From: Heptranchias perlo
Lineage: Eukaryota
Assembly (NCBI RefSeq): GCF_035084215.1
Contig: NC_090347.1
Coordinates: 39,990,001-40,054,000, forward strand
DNA length: 64,000 nt
Direction of reading: 5' to 3'
The notes below the pieces were generated by a model. It was not told the origin of the DNA, ran no database searches, and saw only the letters and a list, made by a program, of their open reading frames with translations. Each line of letters begins with the position of its first letter. Position 1 is the first letter of the stretch. The position numbers and the translations under genes are program-made. Positions 47,501-60,092 of the stretch are shown in pieces.

Positions 47501-48927
47501 CCTAGCTGAGATCGCATTAACTCAGCACAGAGATTTGAATCTGGGGTCTTCCTGGTTAGTATGGCTCGGTACTACATTGGGGTAACGTTATTTACCCACT
47601 GGCAGAAGAAGAATCCTACACTGGTTAATAGATCTGTACAATAGCTCTACGTTATGTCAACACAGCATTTACAGGAAAGGTTGTGAGTATGATGAGTGTC
47701 AGTATAATTGCGCAAACTAGTAAAGTAGATTTACAGGTTTCAAGATCAGGGTGACCATGGCGGGGGAAGGGATAGTTGGATACAATGTGTGGAGCCTATC
47801 CTACCATTTATAGGGATGTGATTGGGTTGGGCTGGGTTCGGTCATGATGTAGTTCATTCTACATGTCCTCTCCTCTGTCTGGGAAGTATGTTCCAGTCTG
47901 TAGTCTTTTTATGAGGTTTGTAAATTTTCGGCTCTTGTCCTCTAGGTCTTCAATCCCAGTTTAAATTACTTGCATCCGCATTATCGATGCTGCTCAACAA
48001 GGAAACGCAAAAGGTTTTGGGTGTGATGAAAACACCCAATTAACGTGAGGCTGTGGTCGACAACATAAATCAAGTCCTCGGAAGGCATTGGTCGGAAAAG
48101 AGCAACATGGATGATTCTAGGACTTTAGGCATTAAGTTATGAAGGGAGACTCACAGAGCTGAGTTTGTTTTCATTGAAGAAAAGAAGCTTTGGAGGGGAC
48201 ATGATCCAGGTTTTTTACCGCTGAAAGGTGTGGGTAAAATCCACGCAAACAGCCTATTCAACTCCAATCGAAGTGACAAAACTGAAGGACACGGGGAGGC
48301 AATTAAAGAAGTGAGGCTGGAGGGGCAAAAGAGTTCGTTTTTCCCCCAGAAAGGAGTCGATGTGCGGAACAGGTGCCAATCAACAATAGTTAATGTTGGG
48401 TGGATAAACTCCTTTACAAAGGAGCTGGATGCATGCCGAGTTACACAGAATTGTCAGAATAAGCTTAAACAGTGATGATTGAATACTCTATGGAACACTA
48501 TAGTTCCAGTCCTGTTGGAATTGGAGTGATGTCATGTGTAGAAAGCGATCTGTCAAGGTTGACTCAGTATTTTCTCATTTCCATGTCTCTTATGTTCCTA
48601 TGAATCATGGGCTTCCCTGCTGTGCAAAACTAGCTGATATTAATATCCTGGGGGAAATTTTGCTTTTTGAAGTGATTTTTTTTGGATTGAAACAGAAATA
48701 CTCTTTTATATGTTTTTTTCAGAGGCAAATTTATTCGATTCGAAACTGAGGTAAAATACTTTTTACACGATTCGTGTTCCTTGATTGACTTGATCTTGGA
48801 ATGTTATTCACATATTAGGGTGATTTCCCTGATGCTGTTCTTGGGGATTGGACCCCAGCAAGCAGCGTTGAGTCTGGCAGGAGCGTTAATGGTGTGGCAC
48901 TCACCATTTGGTGGTACTGCAGGTTTT

Positions 48928-49385
48928 TAGCTCAGATGGTAGCACTCTCTCCTTCGAGTCAAAGTCGTGGGTTCAAGCCCCACTCTAGAGACTTGAGCAT
49001 AAAATCCAGGCTGACACTCCAGTGCAATACTAAGGGAGTGCTGCACTGTTGGAGGTGCCATCTTACGGATGAGACGTTAAACTGAGGCCCCGTCTGCCCT
49101 CTCGGGTGGATGTAAAAGATCCCACGGCACTTTTTAAAGAAGAGCAGGGGAGTTCTCCCCAGCCAATATTTATCCCTCAACCAACATCACTAAAACAGAT
49201 GATCTGACCATTATCACATTGCTGTTAGTGGGACCTTGCTGTGCGCAAATTGGCTGCCAGGATTCCTACATTACAACAGTGACTACACTTTGAAAAATAC
49301 CTCATTGGTTGTAAAGCACTTTGGGACTAAATCTCTAGAGTGGGTCTTGAACTCACAACCTTCTGACTCAGAGGCAAGAGTGATT
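48928..49385 (+). mobile_element. SacSINE1-like SINE followed by an inverted head fragment (49330-49385)
   Basis: Near-complete copy, then the reverse-complement head. Confidence 0.88.
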
Positions 49386-49969
49386 ATGAGTACTTAGACT
49401 ATAAGTACCAAACCATCTTACCAGACTTGGAGGACCCACATAGCTTTTCAATCTGATAACACAATGCAATGATCAATTAAAGCAGAATTTTACTCTCTTA
49501 AATAAATCCTCAATGTTGTGAAGGGAGCTATCTGTACACTTAACACAAGAACATATCAACCAAAAAAAGGCCATTGGGACCCATATAGTCCATTTCTCTA
49601 TATACTATGCATAATTTGCCATATCATAAGCTCTACCCAATTAATTCAAGCTCTTGAAGGAGATGACTAAACACAGTAAAAACTTAGAAAGAAATAATAA
49701 TCTATCGCTATATTAAAAATGAACAACTAGTACAGGTCCATCACACTTCAAACATTACACATCAAAACTATAAAAAATGAGGAAGAAAGCCAGTCACTTC
49801 CTATTGTTTTTTTGCTGACCTTAATGAGCTAGCCTTCCCCAAGAGGCGGTAAACAAGAATTTACAAGCAGTCACCAATCTACAGAAACTTCCTTCAGCAA
49901 CTAGCCTCTATTTGACATCATGATCTTCCAATATAGACCATTCCAAGAAAGTGGGAAATTAGAACCAGT

Positions 49970-50330
49970 GGCACATCATGGCTGCAGCGTGAACTATCTA
50001 CAGGATGCACTGCAGCAACTCGCCAAGGCTTCTTCGACAACACCTCCCAAACCCACCACTTCCACCTCCTAGAAGGGCAAGGGACACCATCACCTCCAAG
50101 TTCCCCTCCAAGTCATCCTGACTTGGACAGATATCCCCCACCATTTCTTCATCATCACAGGATCTTCAAAATCCTGGGATTCCTCACCTATCGGATTGTA
50201 GGAGCATCTTCACCACACAGATTGCAGCGGTTCAAGAAGAAATCCCACCACCGCCTTCTCAAGGGCCACTAGGGATGGGCAATAAATGCCGGCCTTGCTA
50301 GCGACGCCCATATCCCGAGAATTAATTTTT
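49970..50330 (+). mobile_element. CR1/Zenon-like LINE 3' fragment without head
   Basis: Similar to 21195-21560 (caggatgcactgcagcaactcgcc...gggatgggcaataaatgc). Confidence 0.85.
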
Positions 50331-50892
50331 TAAAATGAGAGGTTGCATATTCTGCTGGGCAGATAGAAGCAGTCATAAATTGGGAAATTTATCCTAGTCT
50401 ATTTTTACTACGTATATTAAAAAGCAAACTACCAGCATCAGTCAGCATACTTCTATGGGGTCCAAACACACCACCCTGAATTAGCATAATTCACAGAAGT
50501 TACAGCAGAGAAGGAGGCCTTTCGGCCCGTTGCCCCGAGTTCTACAACTGGAGTAATTAGTCAACTGTCCTTGAAAGGTAACAAACTGTCCTCTGCAGTC
50601 TGAAATTGTGTATGTTGTCACAGCTAATGATTTGCTTACAGGAAGTTTGTTAAAATGAGATGACAAAAAGGAACACTGTATGTTTATTCATCTTGGTATA
50701 ATAGCAATCGAAAATGTAATTTCCAATTTTTTTCATGTGTTAAAACAGCCTAGTTGAGTTGCATGAAAACTGCTGGTAATGGGCATGGAGGCTGCCATTC
50801 CATTTATCACGACAACATTAGACTATTAAGATTCTGTTTGCTTTACAATCCGCAAATAAATTCCTTTAACACACACACACATATCATAAACC

Positions 50893-51950
50893 CAGTGGGC
50901 ATAAAAGATCCCATGGCAGTATTTGAAGAAGAGATGGGGAATTCTCCCCAGTATCCCAACCAATATTTATCCCTCAACCAACATCACTAAAACAGATTAT
51001 CCGGTCATTTATCTTATTACTGGTTGTGGGAGCTTGCTGTGCACAATTTGGCACCCACACATCCCTACATTACAACAGTGACTACACTTCAGAAAAGTAT
51101 TTTATTGACTGTAGAGTGCTTTGGGATGTCCTGAGGTCATGAAAGGTGCTATATAAATGCAAGTTCTTTCTTTCTTTCTTGAAGAGCTGTGCCGTTTTGA
51201 CATTATGCTAATGTACATTGGTGGCTGCTTAGACCCTGTAAACAGTTTCTTGTATATTACAGCAAAAGACTGCGACACTTCAGGAATACCCCAACCCTAA
51301 AAGAACTGAGAGACAGCAAACCCAGATGTATTAATTGTAAATTACCTTTGCTTCTGTAAATCGGCTAATTATAAATAAATGAAATCTGCAGGACCAGCCA
51401 GTACAAAGTGGCCTGGCATTGTGATATTTTTCACCTTGTAGTGAACATTATACATGAAGTCCTGTATGTAGTATCAGCTGCGGCTCTCTCACCTCTGAGT
51501 CAGAAGGTTGTGGGTTTAAGTCCCACTCCAGAAACTTGAGCACGTAATCCAGGCTGACACTTCAGTGCAGTACTGAGGGAATACTGCACTGTCGGAGGTG
51601 CGTCTTTCAATGAGATGTTAAACTGAAGCATCATTTGCCCCCTCAGTTGGACGTAAAAGATCCCATGGCACTATTTCAAAGAAGAGCATGGGAGTCCTCC
51701 CCAGTGTCCTGCCCAATATTTAATTTAAAATAAAATTGCTGGACTATAACTTGGTGTTGTAAAATTGTTTACAATTATCCCTCAATCAACATCACTAAAA
51801 AAATATCATATTGCTGTTTGTGGGACCTTGCTGAGCGCAAATTGGCTGCTGCGTTTCCTACATTACAAAAGTGACTACACTTTTAAAAGTACTTCCTTGG
51901 CTGTAAAGCGCTTTGGGACATCCTGGGGTGGCGAATGGCGCAAGTCTTTC
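50893..51950 (+). mobile_element. Two SacSINE1-like SINEs (50893-51180 and 51475-51950)
   Basis: Core and tail motifs; the second carries a ~50-bp insert at ~51723-51775. Confidence 0.85.
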
Positions 51951-53186
51951 TATTTTTTCTTTTCAATCTACAATGATCATGGTTAATTATTAGATCAATG
52001 TGGCAGAGTGTAAGAGACACAGATTTCAGTTTGTAAGGGATTCAGTCACTTATGGAAAGCATTAGTAAAGCTGCTTGCACAAGAAGATGTTGGAGAAAGT
52101 TTGAACTATAACAGAGGCTCTGGACTGTGGAAATTCTACACAACAACTTTCTGCCAGTTTGTCGCTGGCAAGCATATTTAAAGGAACAAAGAGGATGAGT
52201 GAGGGCTGGCGGTAAGGGGAAAGTAATCTCCCTTCATAATTTCGAGGATGTTGTGACAATTCAGGTGATTACAGTTTCCCAAGCCAAAAGCCTTTCTGTA
52301 ATCCAATAACAGTGCACGCGGTGATGTGACAAGTGTGGTCACTTAGGCTAAAATATGTCCACCTGATGACTTTAAAAAAAACCTGCCAAACCAAGCTGGT
52401 TATGGTCCTGATTCGGTTTGGTGCCTTTTGCCATTGATGGAAAAGGTACTGCCGATGCTGCCTGCTTCAAATTTTCATGGGTCCTAAGAGCGGCCATTAC
52501 GAGCATGGAAAACTTAGACCTCTTCCTGATGGTCCTCCAGCAGGGTCCAGCGAAAAGGGAAGAGCCGCACTCAGCGTCAATATACAGGTATCTTTACACT
52601 TGAACATATTTGGGCCCAAAGGAGAGTGCTGATTGACACAGTACCACTGCAAGACCTGCATTCATGCACAGAGAGACTGGCCTTCCATAGCACAGTGTGG
52701 CATTCTCCCTGCATTTGGGGTTTTTGTGTCATTTGTGCTCTTCCACTTAGACATGCTTCTACTTACAACCAACTTATGCCCCAGAACCAAATGACATTTA
52801 AAACTGCAGTGCATCTTAACAATGTCATGTGTTTACCTTTCCATCACCCTCCCTCCCCCACCACCACCATCGGATCCATATAACTGTGCAAGAAAGTAAC
52901 TTTGTTACGGGATTAGTTCTGGATTGCTCTAGCAAAGGGCCGGCACCGAGACAATGGGCCGAATGGTCAGTTCTTCTGTGCTCTAAGCCACTATGGTTGC
53001 ATGCATCCCTCGGTGAGTAGAGAAAAGCCTGATCCTGTTCATGTAATATGCACACACACTCACTGGATAGCAACTAGGGGATGTAATTTTCACCCTCACC
53101 TCTCAGGTGGTAAACTGGTGGAGCAAATCGTCTGCTCATTATTGAAACCGCCCGATCATCAGTTTCATTGAAAATGGAAATAAAAT

Positions 53187-53707
53187 CAATAACAATAACC
53201 TGCATTTATGTAGTTAAACATCTTCATTGGAACATAATCAAACAAAATTTGACACAGAGCCAAAGGAGATATTAGAACAGGTGAGAGGTAGGTTTTAAGG
53301 AGTGTCTTGAAGGAGGAGATATGGAGGGGTTTAGGGAGTGAATTCCAGAGCTTAGGCAGCTGAAGGCACGGCCGCCAATGGTGGGGCAAAGGAAGTGGGG
53401 AATACACAAAAGGCCAAAGTTGGAGGAACGCAGAGTTCTCGGTGAGTTGTAAAGTTGGAGGAGGTTGCAGAGATAAGGAAGAGCGAGGCCACGGGGGGAT
53501 TTGAACTTGGCAATGAGAATTTTAAAATTGGGGCGTTGCTGGACCCGGAGCCAATGTAGGTCAGCAAGCACAGGGACAATGGGTGAACAGGACTTGGTGC
53601 GAGTTAGGGTGGGGGCAACAAAGCTTTGGATGAGTTTAAGTTTATGGAGGGTGGAAGGTGGGAGGCCAGCCAGGAGAGCAGTGGAATAGTCTAGTCTGAA
53701 GGTAACA
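53187..53707 (-). mobile_element. L2 LINE 3' fragment inserted into a palindromic MITE (53077-53783)
   Basis: RLDYSTALLAGLP...PVLADLHWL...FKILI; MITE halves on both sides, with aaaatc at each junction. Confidence 0.88.
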
Positions 53708-53861
53708 AAATCGGCAGGTTCATTAATAGGCAGGCAACCCTTCTGGCAGTTTACCACCCAACCAGTGATGGTGAAAATTACCCAAAGGAGCCTGTGTGGC
53801 TCCCACACCAGTCAATGTATTTAACCATTAAACCATGTGCCCCCAACACACACAAACACAC

Positions 53862-54215
53862 TAGAGTTGTCAACTCTGCTTGCACACATTCCTGGAGGTG
53901 TCATCACATGACCTGCCCAACCGCCCTGCCCCCACGGTCCTGCCATTGGTCGCCCAGCATGGCGCAATTGGAAAGTGAACAGACTCTTCAGGTACCTGAT
54001 CGAATGATTCTTGACTGTCAAACAGCTATTTTTTTCCCCATCTCCAATATTTTTTACAACTAATAAACAAAAGTGTTCAAAGAACATTTAAAAAAAAAAC
54101 TCAATGTTTTTATTGCCTCTATGATTTTTCTCCAGGATTGATCGCAGCAGCGACCTGGAGATTAGTCTTTAATTACTGGAGACTCCAGGGCAATCCTGGA
54201 GGGTTGGTAACCCTA
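53862..54215 (-). mobile_element. hAT (Blackjack-like) MITE, copy 3
   Basis: Reverse complement of copies 1 and 2; flanks aaacacac/acacacac. Confidence 0.85.
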
Positions 54216-54339
54216 ACACACACACACACATACTAGGCAATGCAAATATATTTACAAATGCACTTTATTTACACAATTAAAGGTACAAAAATACAGTGCG
54301 CCCAGTGAGAGTGTGTACATTGCCTGTCTCTTTAAATGG

Positions 54340-54480
54340 ATGGTTGTGTGATTGACAGGAGCTCGGCCCAATGCGGCTGGGGAGGACAGACATCCATTGG
54401 TGACGGGGGTGGGGTGGGAATTCCGGCTGCTTTCTGCCTGTCCAGGTGACAATGTGGGAGAGTTCAGAGTGAAACTCATC
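54340..54480 (+). promoter_or_regulatory. Probable CASKIN2 promoter
   Basis: TGATTGACAG (54349-54358), CCAAT (54368-54372), ATTGG (54396-54400), GGGGTGGGG box; start of a CpG-enriched region running to ~55450. Confidence 0.7.
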
Positions 54481-54720
54481 AGTGAGCTGGAGCTGGGCAC
54501 TTGAACCAGTGGGTGGTGTGGGGGCAATAAAGCTGCCAGCTACCGAGAGGGACCTGACCGCGGGGCTCCCTGCTGCTCTCACCCGGCTCCTGGTGAAGTT
54601 TAGTGGGCTTGGATTTGTTCTCTCTGTTGGTTGAGGGTTTTTTTTTTGTTGTTAAGCCGGGGGAGCGTGTCGTTGTGCAGCCGGGAGTGGTGCCACGGAC
54701 CCAGCTCCTGCCGGCTCTCG
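54480..54720 (+). other. CASKIN2: Probable non-coding first exon of CASKIN2 (start uncertain)
   Basis: Strong donor CG|GTGAGT at 54721 downstream of the promoter motifs; human CASKIN2 also has a non-coding first exon (recalled). Confidence 0.55.
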
Positions 54721-55447
54721 GTGAGTTTGCTGGGTTTACGATGTTAAACTCAGCCGCAAGTTGCCCTTCAGTCTGGCGGCTCGGCTCTTTCTCGTCCCGG
54801 GTTACAATGTGTCGCTTTGTTGTAACTACTTTTCATTGAACTCTTTCTCCGAGTCCGGGCGCTCTCTCTCTCTCGCTCTCTCCTCCCGGGGCTTCCACCC
54901 GGGTCCGGTTCCCATCCAAACCTTTCTCCCAGGTCTGACCCGGGACTAGTCTCCCTCCACCCGGGACTGGTCTCCTCCTCTTCCCCCCCCCCCCCCCCCA
55001 GAGTTAGGTCCAGTCGCCGTCCTCTGGCTCTGATCCGGGTTCAGTCTCCTCCTCCTTCCCGGGAGAGTCCCTGCAGTGTAACCTCACCGCTTTACCTGGT
55101 GCGGCCCGGATCGCCTGCCTGGTCCCGGAGCAATATCGGGCGGGACCGACTGCTGCGGCCACATCTCCCGGGTTATTTTCACTCGTTGCCCCCCCCCCCC
55201 CGCCGCCCCCGGGTCGGGTACACCAGTCGGCGGTACTCAGGGAGAGGGACCCTCGGGCTCTCCCCCCCCCCCCCCCCCGCCTGAACCTGTTCCACTATAG
55301 CGGGGTCTGAAATGGGGGAACTTCTTCCGGAACTCAGGAAAGTTTGGAGGATCCCCAATTGAAATTCTTGGGGCCAGAGTCCCACTAACTGATTGGACCG
55401 GGGATGATAGGGGCCGTGCCCTGGGCAGCGGTTACCTTTGGCGCGGG

Positions 55448-56473
55448 GGATTACCAGTGATGGTACTCCTTGAGGTGGGGGGTTACCAGAGATGGCACTC
55501 CTTGAGGGGGGGGGGGGTTTACCAGAGATGGCACTCCTTGAGGGGGGGGGGTTTACCAGAGATGGCACTCCTTGAGGTGGGGGGTTACCAGAGATGGCAC
55601 TCCTTGAGGTGGGGGGTTTACCAGAGATGGCACTCCTTGAGGTGGGGGGTTACCAGAGATGGCGCTCCTTGAGGGGGGGGATTTACCAGAGATGGCACTC
55701 CTTGAGGGGGGGGATTTACCAGAGATGGCACTCCTTGAGGGGGGGGGGGTTTACCAGAGATGGCACTCCTTGAGGTGGGGGGTTACCAGAGATGGCACTC
55801 CTTGAGGGGGGGGATTTACCAGAGATGGCACTCCTTGAGGGGGGGGGGTTTACCAGAGATGGCACTCCTTGAGGTGGGGGGTTACCAGAGATGGCGCTCC
55901 TTGAGGGGGGGGATTTACCAGAGATGGCACTCCTTGAGGGGGGGGGGGTTTACCAGAGATGGCACTCCTTGAGGTGGGGGGGTTACCAGAGATGGCGCTC
56001 CTTGAGGGGGGGGATTTACCAGAGATGGCACTCCTTGAGGGGGGGGGGTTTACCAGAGATGGCACTCCTTGAGGTGGGGGGTTTACCAGAGATGGCACTC
56101 CTTGAGGTGGGGGGGTTACCAGAGATGGCACTCCTTGAGGGGGGGGGGTTTACCAGAGATGGCACTCCTTGAGGTGGGGGGGGGTTACCAGAGATGGCAC
56201 TCCTTGAGGGGGGGGGGTTTACCAGAGATGGCACTCCTTGAGGTGGGGGGGTTACCAGAGATGGCACTCCTTGAGGGGGGGGGGTTACCAGAGATGGCAC
56301 TCCTTGAGGGGGGGGGGTTACCAGAGATGCCACTCCTTGAGGTGGGGGGTTACCAGAGATGGCACTCCCTGAGGGGGGGGGGGGTTACCAGAGATGGCAC
56401 TCCTTGAGGGGGGGGATTACCAGAGATGGCACTCCTTGAGGTGGGGGGGGGATTACCAGAGATGGTACTCCTT
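55448..56473. repeat. G-rich VNTR, ~29-33 bp unit TTACCAGAGATGGCACTCCTTGAGG(T)G(n), about 33 units
   Basis: Direct tandem array with variable G-runs. Confidence 0.97.
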
Positions 56474-56932
56474 GGAGCTCTGATCTTTCTTGGGTCCATA
56501 GTAGGGGAGTGACCAGCGTTGGCAGCCCTTGGAGCTGGGTTGGAATTGGAACGGGCGCTGGGGCAGTGGTTGGCGATATTAACACCCTCGCTTATTGTTA
56601 GAATCAGCAGGCTTGCCGCCCTCACCCAGGGACTGTATGTAGCCCAGGACCTGCAGATACACTCGTAGTCAAATTACCAACTTCTTTGCATCCACCGATG
56701 GTAACTAGCGTGCCTGTCGGCGCCTGTGACGACCAGACATTGCTGTCGGGACTCTCCAGCCCTGAAGATATACTGGCAGGTTTTATTATTGGCAGTTTTG
56801 TGTCTGTCATTTGATTCGAAATATGAAATCGGTTTAATTCATCTCCGCCCAGCCCCAGATTATTAGGTGCGCGGTGTCCCAGTCACTGAATTTATTCGTG
56901 TGTGTGTTTTCTCTCTCGCCTTCATTCCTCAG

Positions 56933-57413
56933 GCTCCACTCTGTCTGGGGCTGTTTGGAGGGTCGGTGGGTGAAACATCACCGCCTGGATTCGGCTGGGA
57001 GAGCGAGAGAGAGAGAGAAACCGAGTGGAAGAGGAAGAGGAAGATTGGCAAACCCCGGCAGAAGGAGCGATCCAGCTCCGACACACACACTTTCGTGAGA
57101 CGAGGGAATATTTATCAACACAGAAAGGAGCAGAGTTCAAACGTGTACTTGACCTGCAATTGACCGGAGTGTGAAATTGACTGGAAACAAATTTGATCAG
57201 TTTTACTTTTTGAGGGAGATCTTTCATCCTCTCCAGCTCTCTGGGAAGGGTTTTTTTATTTAAAAAATCTACACATGTACTAATAACTTTAGCTGTCTAA
57301 TACGGTGGATCTCGAGTCAAAACAATGTAACGAATGTGAAAAAAAAATGAAGGAGTAAAGGAGGGGCTGATTTCCCATGTGTGAACAGTAACACGCACAC
57401 TGAGGATCTAAAT
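56933..57413 (+). other. CASKIN2: Probable 5' UTR part of the first coding exon
   Basis: Pyrimidine tract and acceptor ttcattcctcag| ending 56932; alternative acceptor ctctccag| ending 57236. Confidence 0.55.
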
Positions 57414-57507
57414 ATGGGGAAGGAGCAGGAGCTGGTGCAGGCGGTGAAGAGCGGCGATATGTCGGCTGCACAGAAGTTGGTGACCAAGATCAAGGCTTCA
57501 AAAAACA
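57414..57507 (+). CDS. CASKIN2: First coding exon of a caskin (ankyrin/SH3/SAM scaffold), partial gene
   Basis: MGKEQELVQAVKSGDMSAAQKLVTKIKASKN + 1 nt, then donor GTGAGT. The first 12 aa match CASKIN1 as recalled, but K.GD...QKLV.K.KA.K is CASKIN2-like. Too short for the ORF track; next exon not seen in the window. Confidence 0.85.
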
Positions 57508-58464
57508 GTGAGTAATCTGATACCCTTTTTTTGCAGGGCAGCCAAAGTCTGCAAGTCTGGTCTTTGAAGCGTTTCTTTTTGTTGTTTTGTTATGTTTACT
57601 GCAGGCATTTTTTTTTTGGAGAATGTGCTTTTGAACTTGGTACAGTGGTGAATTAGAAAGACTGGTGTTTTTAAAAGAATAAACGTTTACTGTATGTGGC
57701 TTTGTTGCGTGTGGACTAAGGTTTTAATTGAAGAGGTGCACACAGGTATTGATGAGAGTCCCAAGACTCGTTATACGGTTCAGGGACAGTAACACGGCGG
57801 AATCGCATTTGCCGACTGTTATACGTCGCGCCTGATATTCCGTTCCATTGCAGTCAACGGGATTGAATATCGGACGGAGCATATAACGGGCGGCCGATGC
57901 GATACCGCCCGTTTTGAGTGCCCAATATCATCCTCACCATCTGCAAACACCGCTCACCCCTTTTTTATTTCCTGCTGCAATCAGTCCGAAGCAGGTCACT
58001 GGGAAGAGCTTCGCACTTCCCACCCCTCATCTGATAGTCACTCCTGGGACCTCCGGAAAGTCCTGGATGCTGTTGGAGATACGGAGATTGTCCCCCACCC
58101 ATTACGGGGGGAGACATGGAAAGCGGTTTCGCGTCGTTGTACTAGTTTCGGGGAAAGCAGTTTTGCTTGTTTTTATTTGTTAAATAAACCTGCTCAATTG
58201 TGTTCAACTTTTAAAATGAGATCTAGAAATGCAATGCTCTGCTCACTCCTCAAACGATGAGACCAATACTATGAAGGCACAGAATCAGCCCAGTAGCTAA
58301 AAGCAATTAAGAGACAAGGTTTAACTAGTTCATTTATCTTGGATACATAACCAAAAGCTTACCTAGATCTCAAGGCTAGGATAGATACACTTGAAGGTAT
58401 GGAGAGATGGGACTTGCTGATGGGAGTGGTCCTAGATACAAGAGTCAAAATACTCTAGGGTTAG

Positions 58465-58835
58465 AACAACAACTTGCATTTATATAGCGCCTTTAACGTA
58501 GTAAGAGGTCCCAAGGTGCTTCATAGGCGTAATCAGACAAAATTTGACCCAGAGCCACATAGCTTGGTCAAAGAGGTAGGTTTTAAGGAGTGACTTAAAG
58601 GACGAGAGGGAGGCGGAGAGGCTTAGGGAGGGAATTCCAGAGCTTAGGCAGCTGAAGGCATGGCCGCCAATGGTGGAGCGATGAAAATCGGGGATGCGCA
58701 AGGGGCCAGAATTGGAGGAGTGCAGAGTTCTCGGAGGTTGTGGGTTGGAGGAAGTTACAGAGATAGGGCCGAGGCCATGGAGGGATTTGAACATGAGGAT
58801 GAGAATTTTAAAATCGAGGCATTGCCAGACCGGGA
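58465..58835 (-). mobile_element. L2 LINE 3' fragment
   Basis: LPVWQCLDFKILILMFKSLHGL...FKSLLKTYLFDQA. Confidence 0.88.
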
Positions 58836-59786
58836 GGATGGAAAGACCAAACTTTAGTTCAGTGATGCTGTATTGATCTGCGTCACACATTTTCATTCCC
58901 TCCCTCACCAATTTGCATTCTGCGTCAAACAGCAGCCAGAAAATTTAGTGGCAAACAGAGCCTTTTATATTGGTCTTTTGATTCAGATTCCATTTTCAAT
59001 AGACCGGCGGCAGACTACTGGGCCCAGGTGTAACCTGAGTCTTCAAATCTGCTGCGGTTCCACAGGAACTGGATTTAACAGAATTCCTTAAACCCACCTC
59101 TTTGATCTGGTTTCTTTCACCTCTCCCGATGTTTCCTTCTGTCTCCCGATATCTCCTTTTTGTCTGATTACGCTTCTGTGAAGGGCCTTGGGACGTTTAT
59201 CTACATTAAAGGCACTGTATAAATGCGATATATTGTTATAAATGCCAGGAGCCGGCTCCCATTTTCGGTTGAACAGCCGGGACCTGGTTCACAGAAACTG
59301 GGCTCTTGGAATCCAAATTGGAAGGACGCTAATAGAAAAAGGAGTTTTATTTCTAACTGTAGCCAGTGTGCATTTGGTGTCGGCTGAAGTTTATTTTTTT
59401 TATATAAAAACCATTTGAGAGAATGAGTGACATCCAAGTATCTCCTTTCAGCCAATCCCCTCAATGCATGGCACCTTTTACGACCCAAAGCGCTTTACAG
59501 CCAATGAAATACTTTGGAAATGTGGTCACAGTTGTAATGTAGGGAAGCCATGTGACATTCAGTCCAGCTGTGGTGGAACAGTTTACAGTAAGTCTACTCC
59601 AGCCCCAGTGTATTCGGGCAGCTTTCAGCACACGAACAGCTGTACCAATAACTCACAGTGGCTGTCCCACGGGAGATGCTCCGAGTTATAGTGCAAAGGA
59701 CCTGCAACTTGTAACGCCTACGGCTGTCAGGATGCTTGGTTTACCGTATTAAAGGCTTCCTGGAATCCAAGCTGCTTGCTTTTAGT

Positions 59787-60092
59787 GCATCAGCCGTGGC
59801 TTAGTTGGTAGCACTCTCGCCTCTGAGTCTGAAGGTAGTGGGTTTGAACCCCACTCCAGAGACTTGAGTACAAAATCAAGGCTGACACTCTCAGTACAGT
59901 ACTGAGGGAGTGCTGCACTGTCAGAGGTGCTGTCTTTTGGATGAGATGTTAAACCGAGGCCATCCAACAGTGCAGCACTCTCTCAGTATTGTACTGGAGA
60001 ATCAGTCTGGATTTTGTGCTCAAGTCTCTGGAGTGGGACTTGAACCCACAACCTTCTGACTCAGAGACGAGAGTGTTGCCACTGAGCCATGG
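59787..60092. mobile_element. Two SacSINE1-like 5' halves in inverted (fold-back) arrangement
   Basis: + head 59787-59962 immediately followed by - head 59963-60092. Confidence 0.88.

Noticed and set aside
55448-56473. CRISPR-like repeats or repetitive ORFs
   Set aside because: The intervening parts are only variable G-runs; the ORFs are repeat artefacts.
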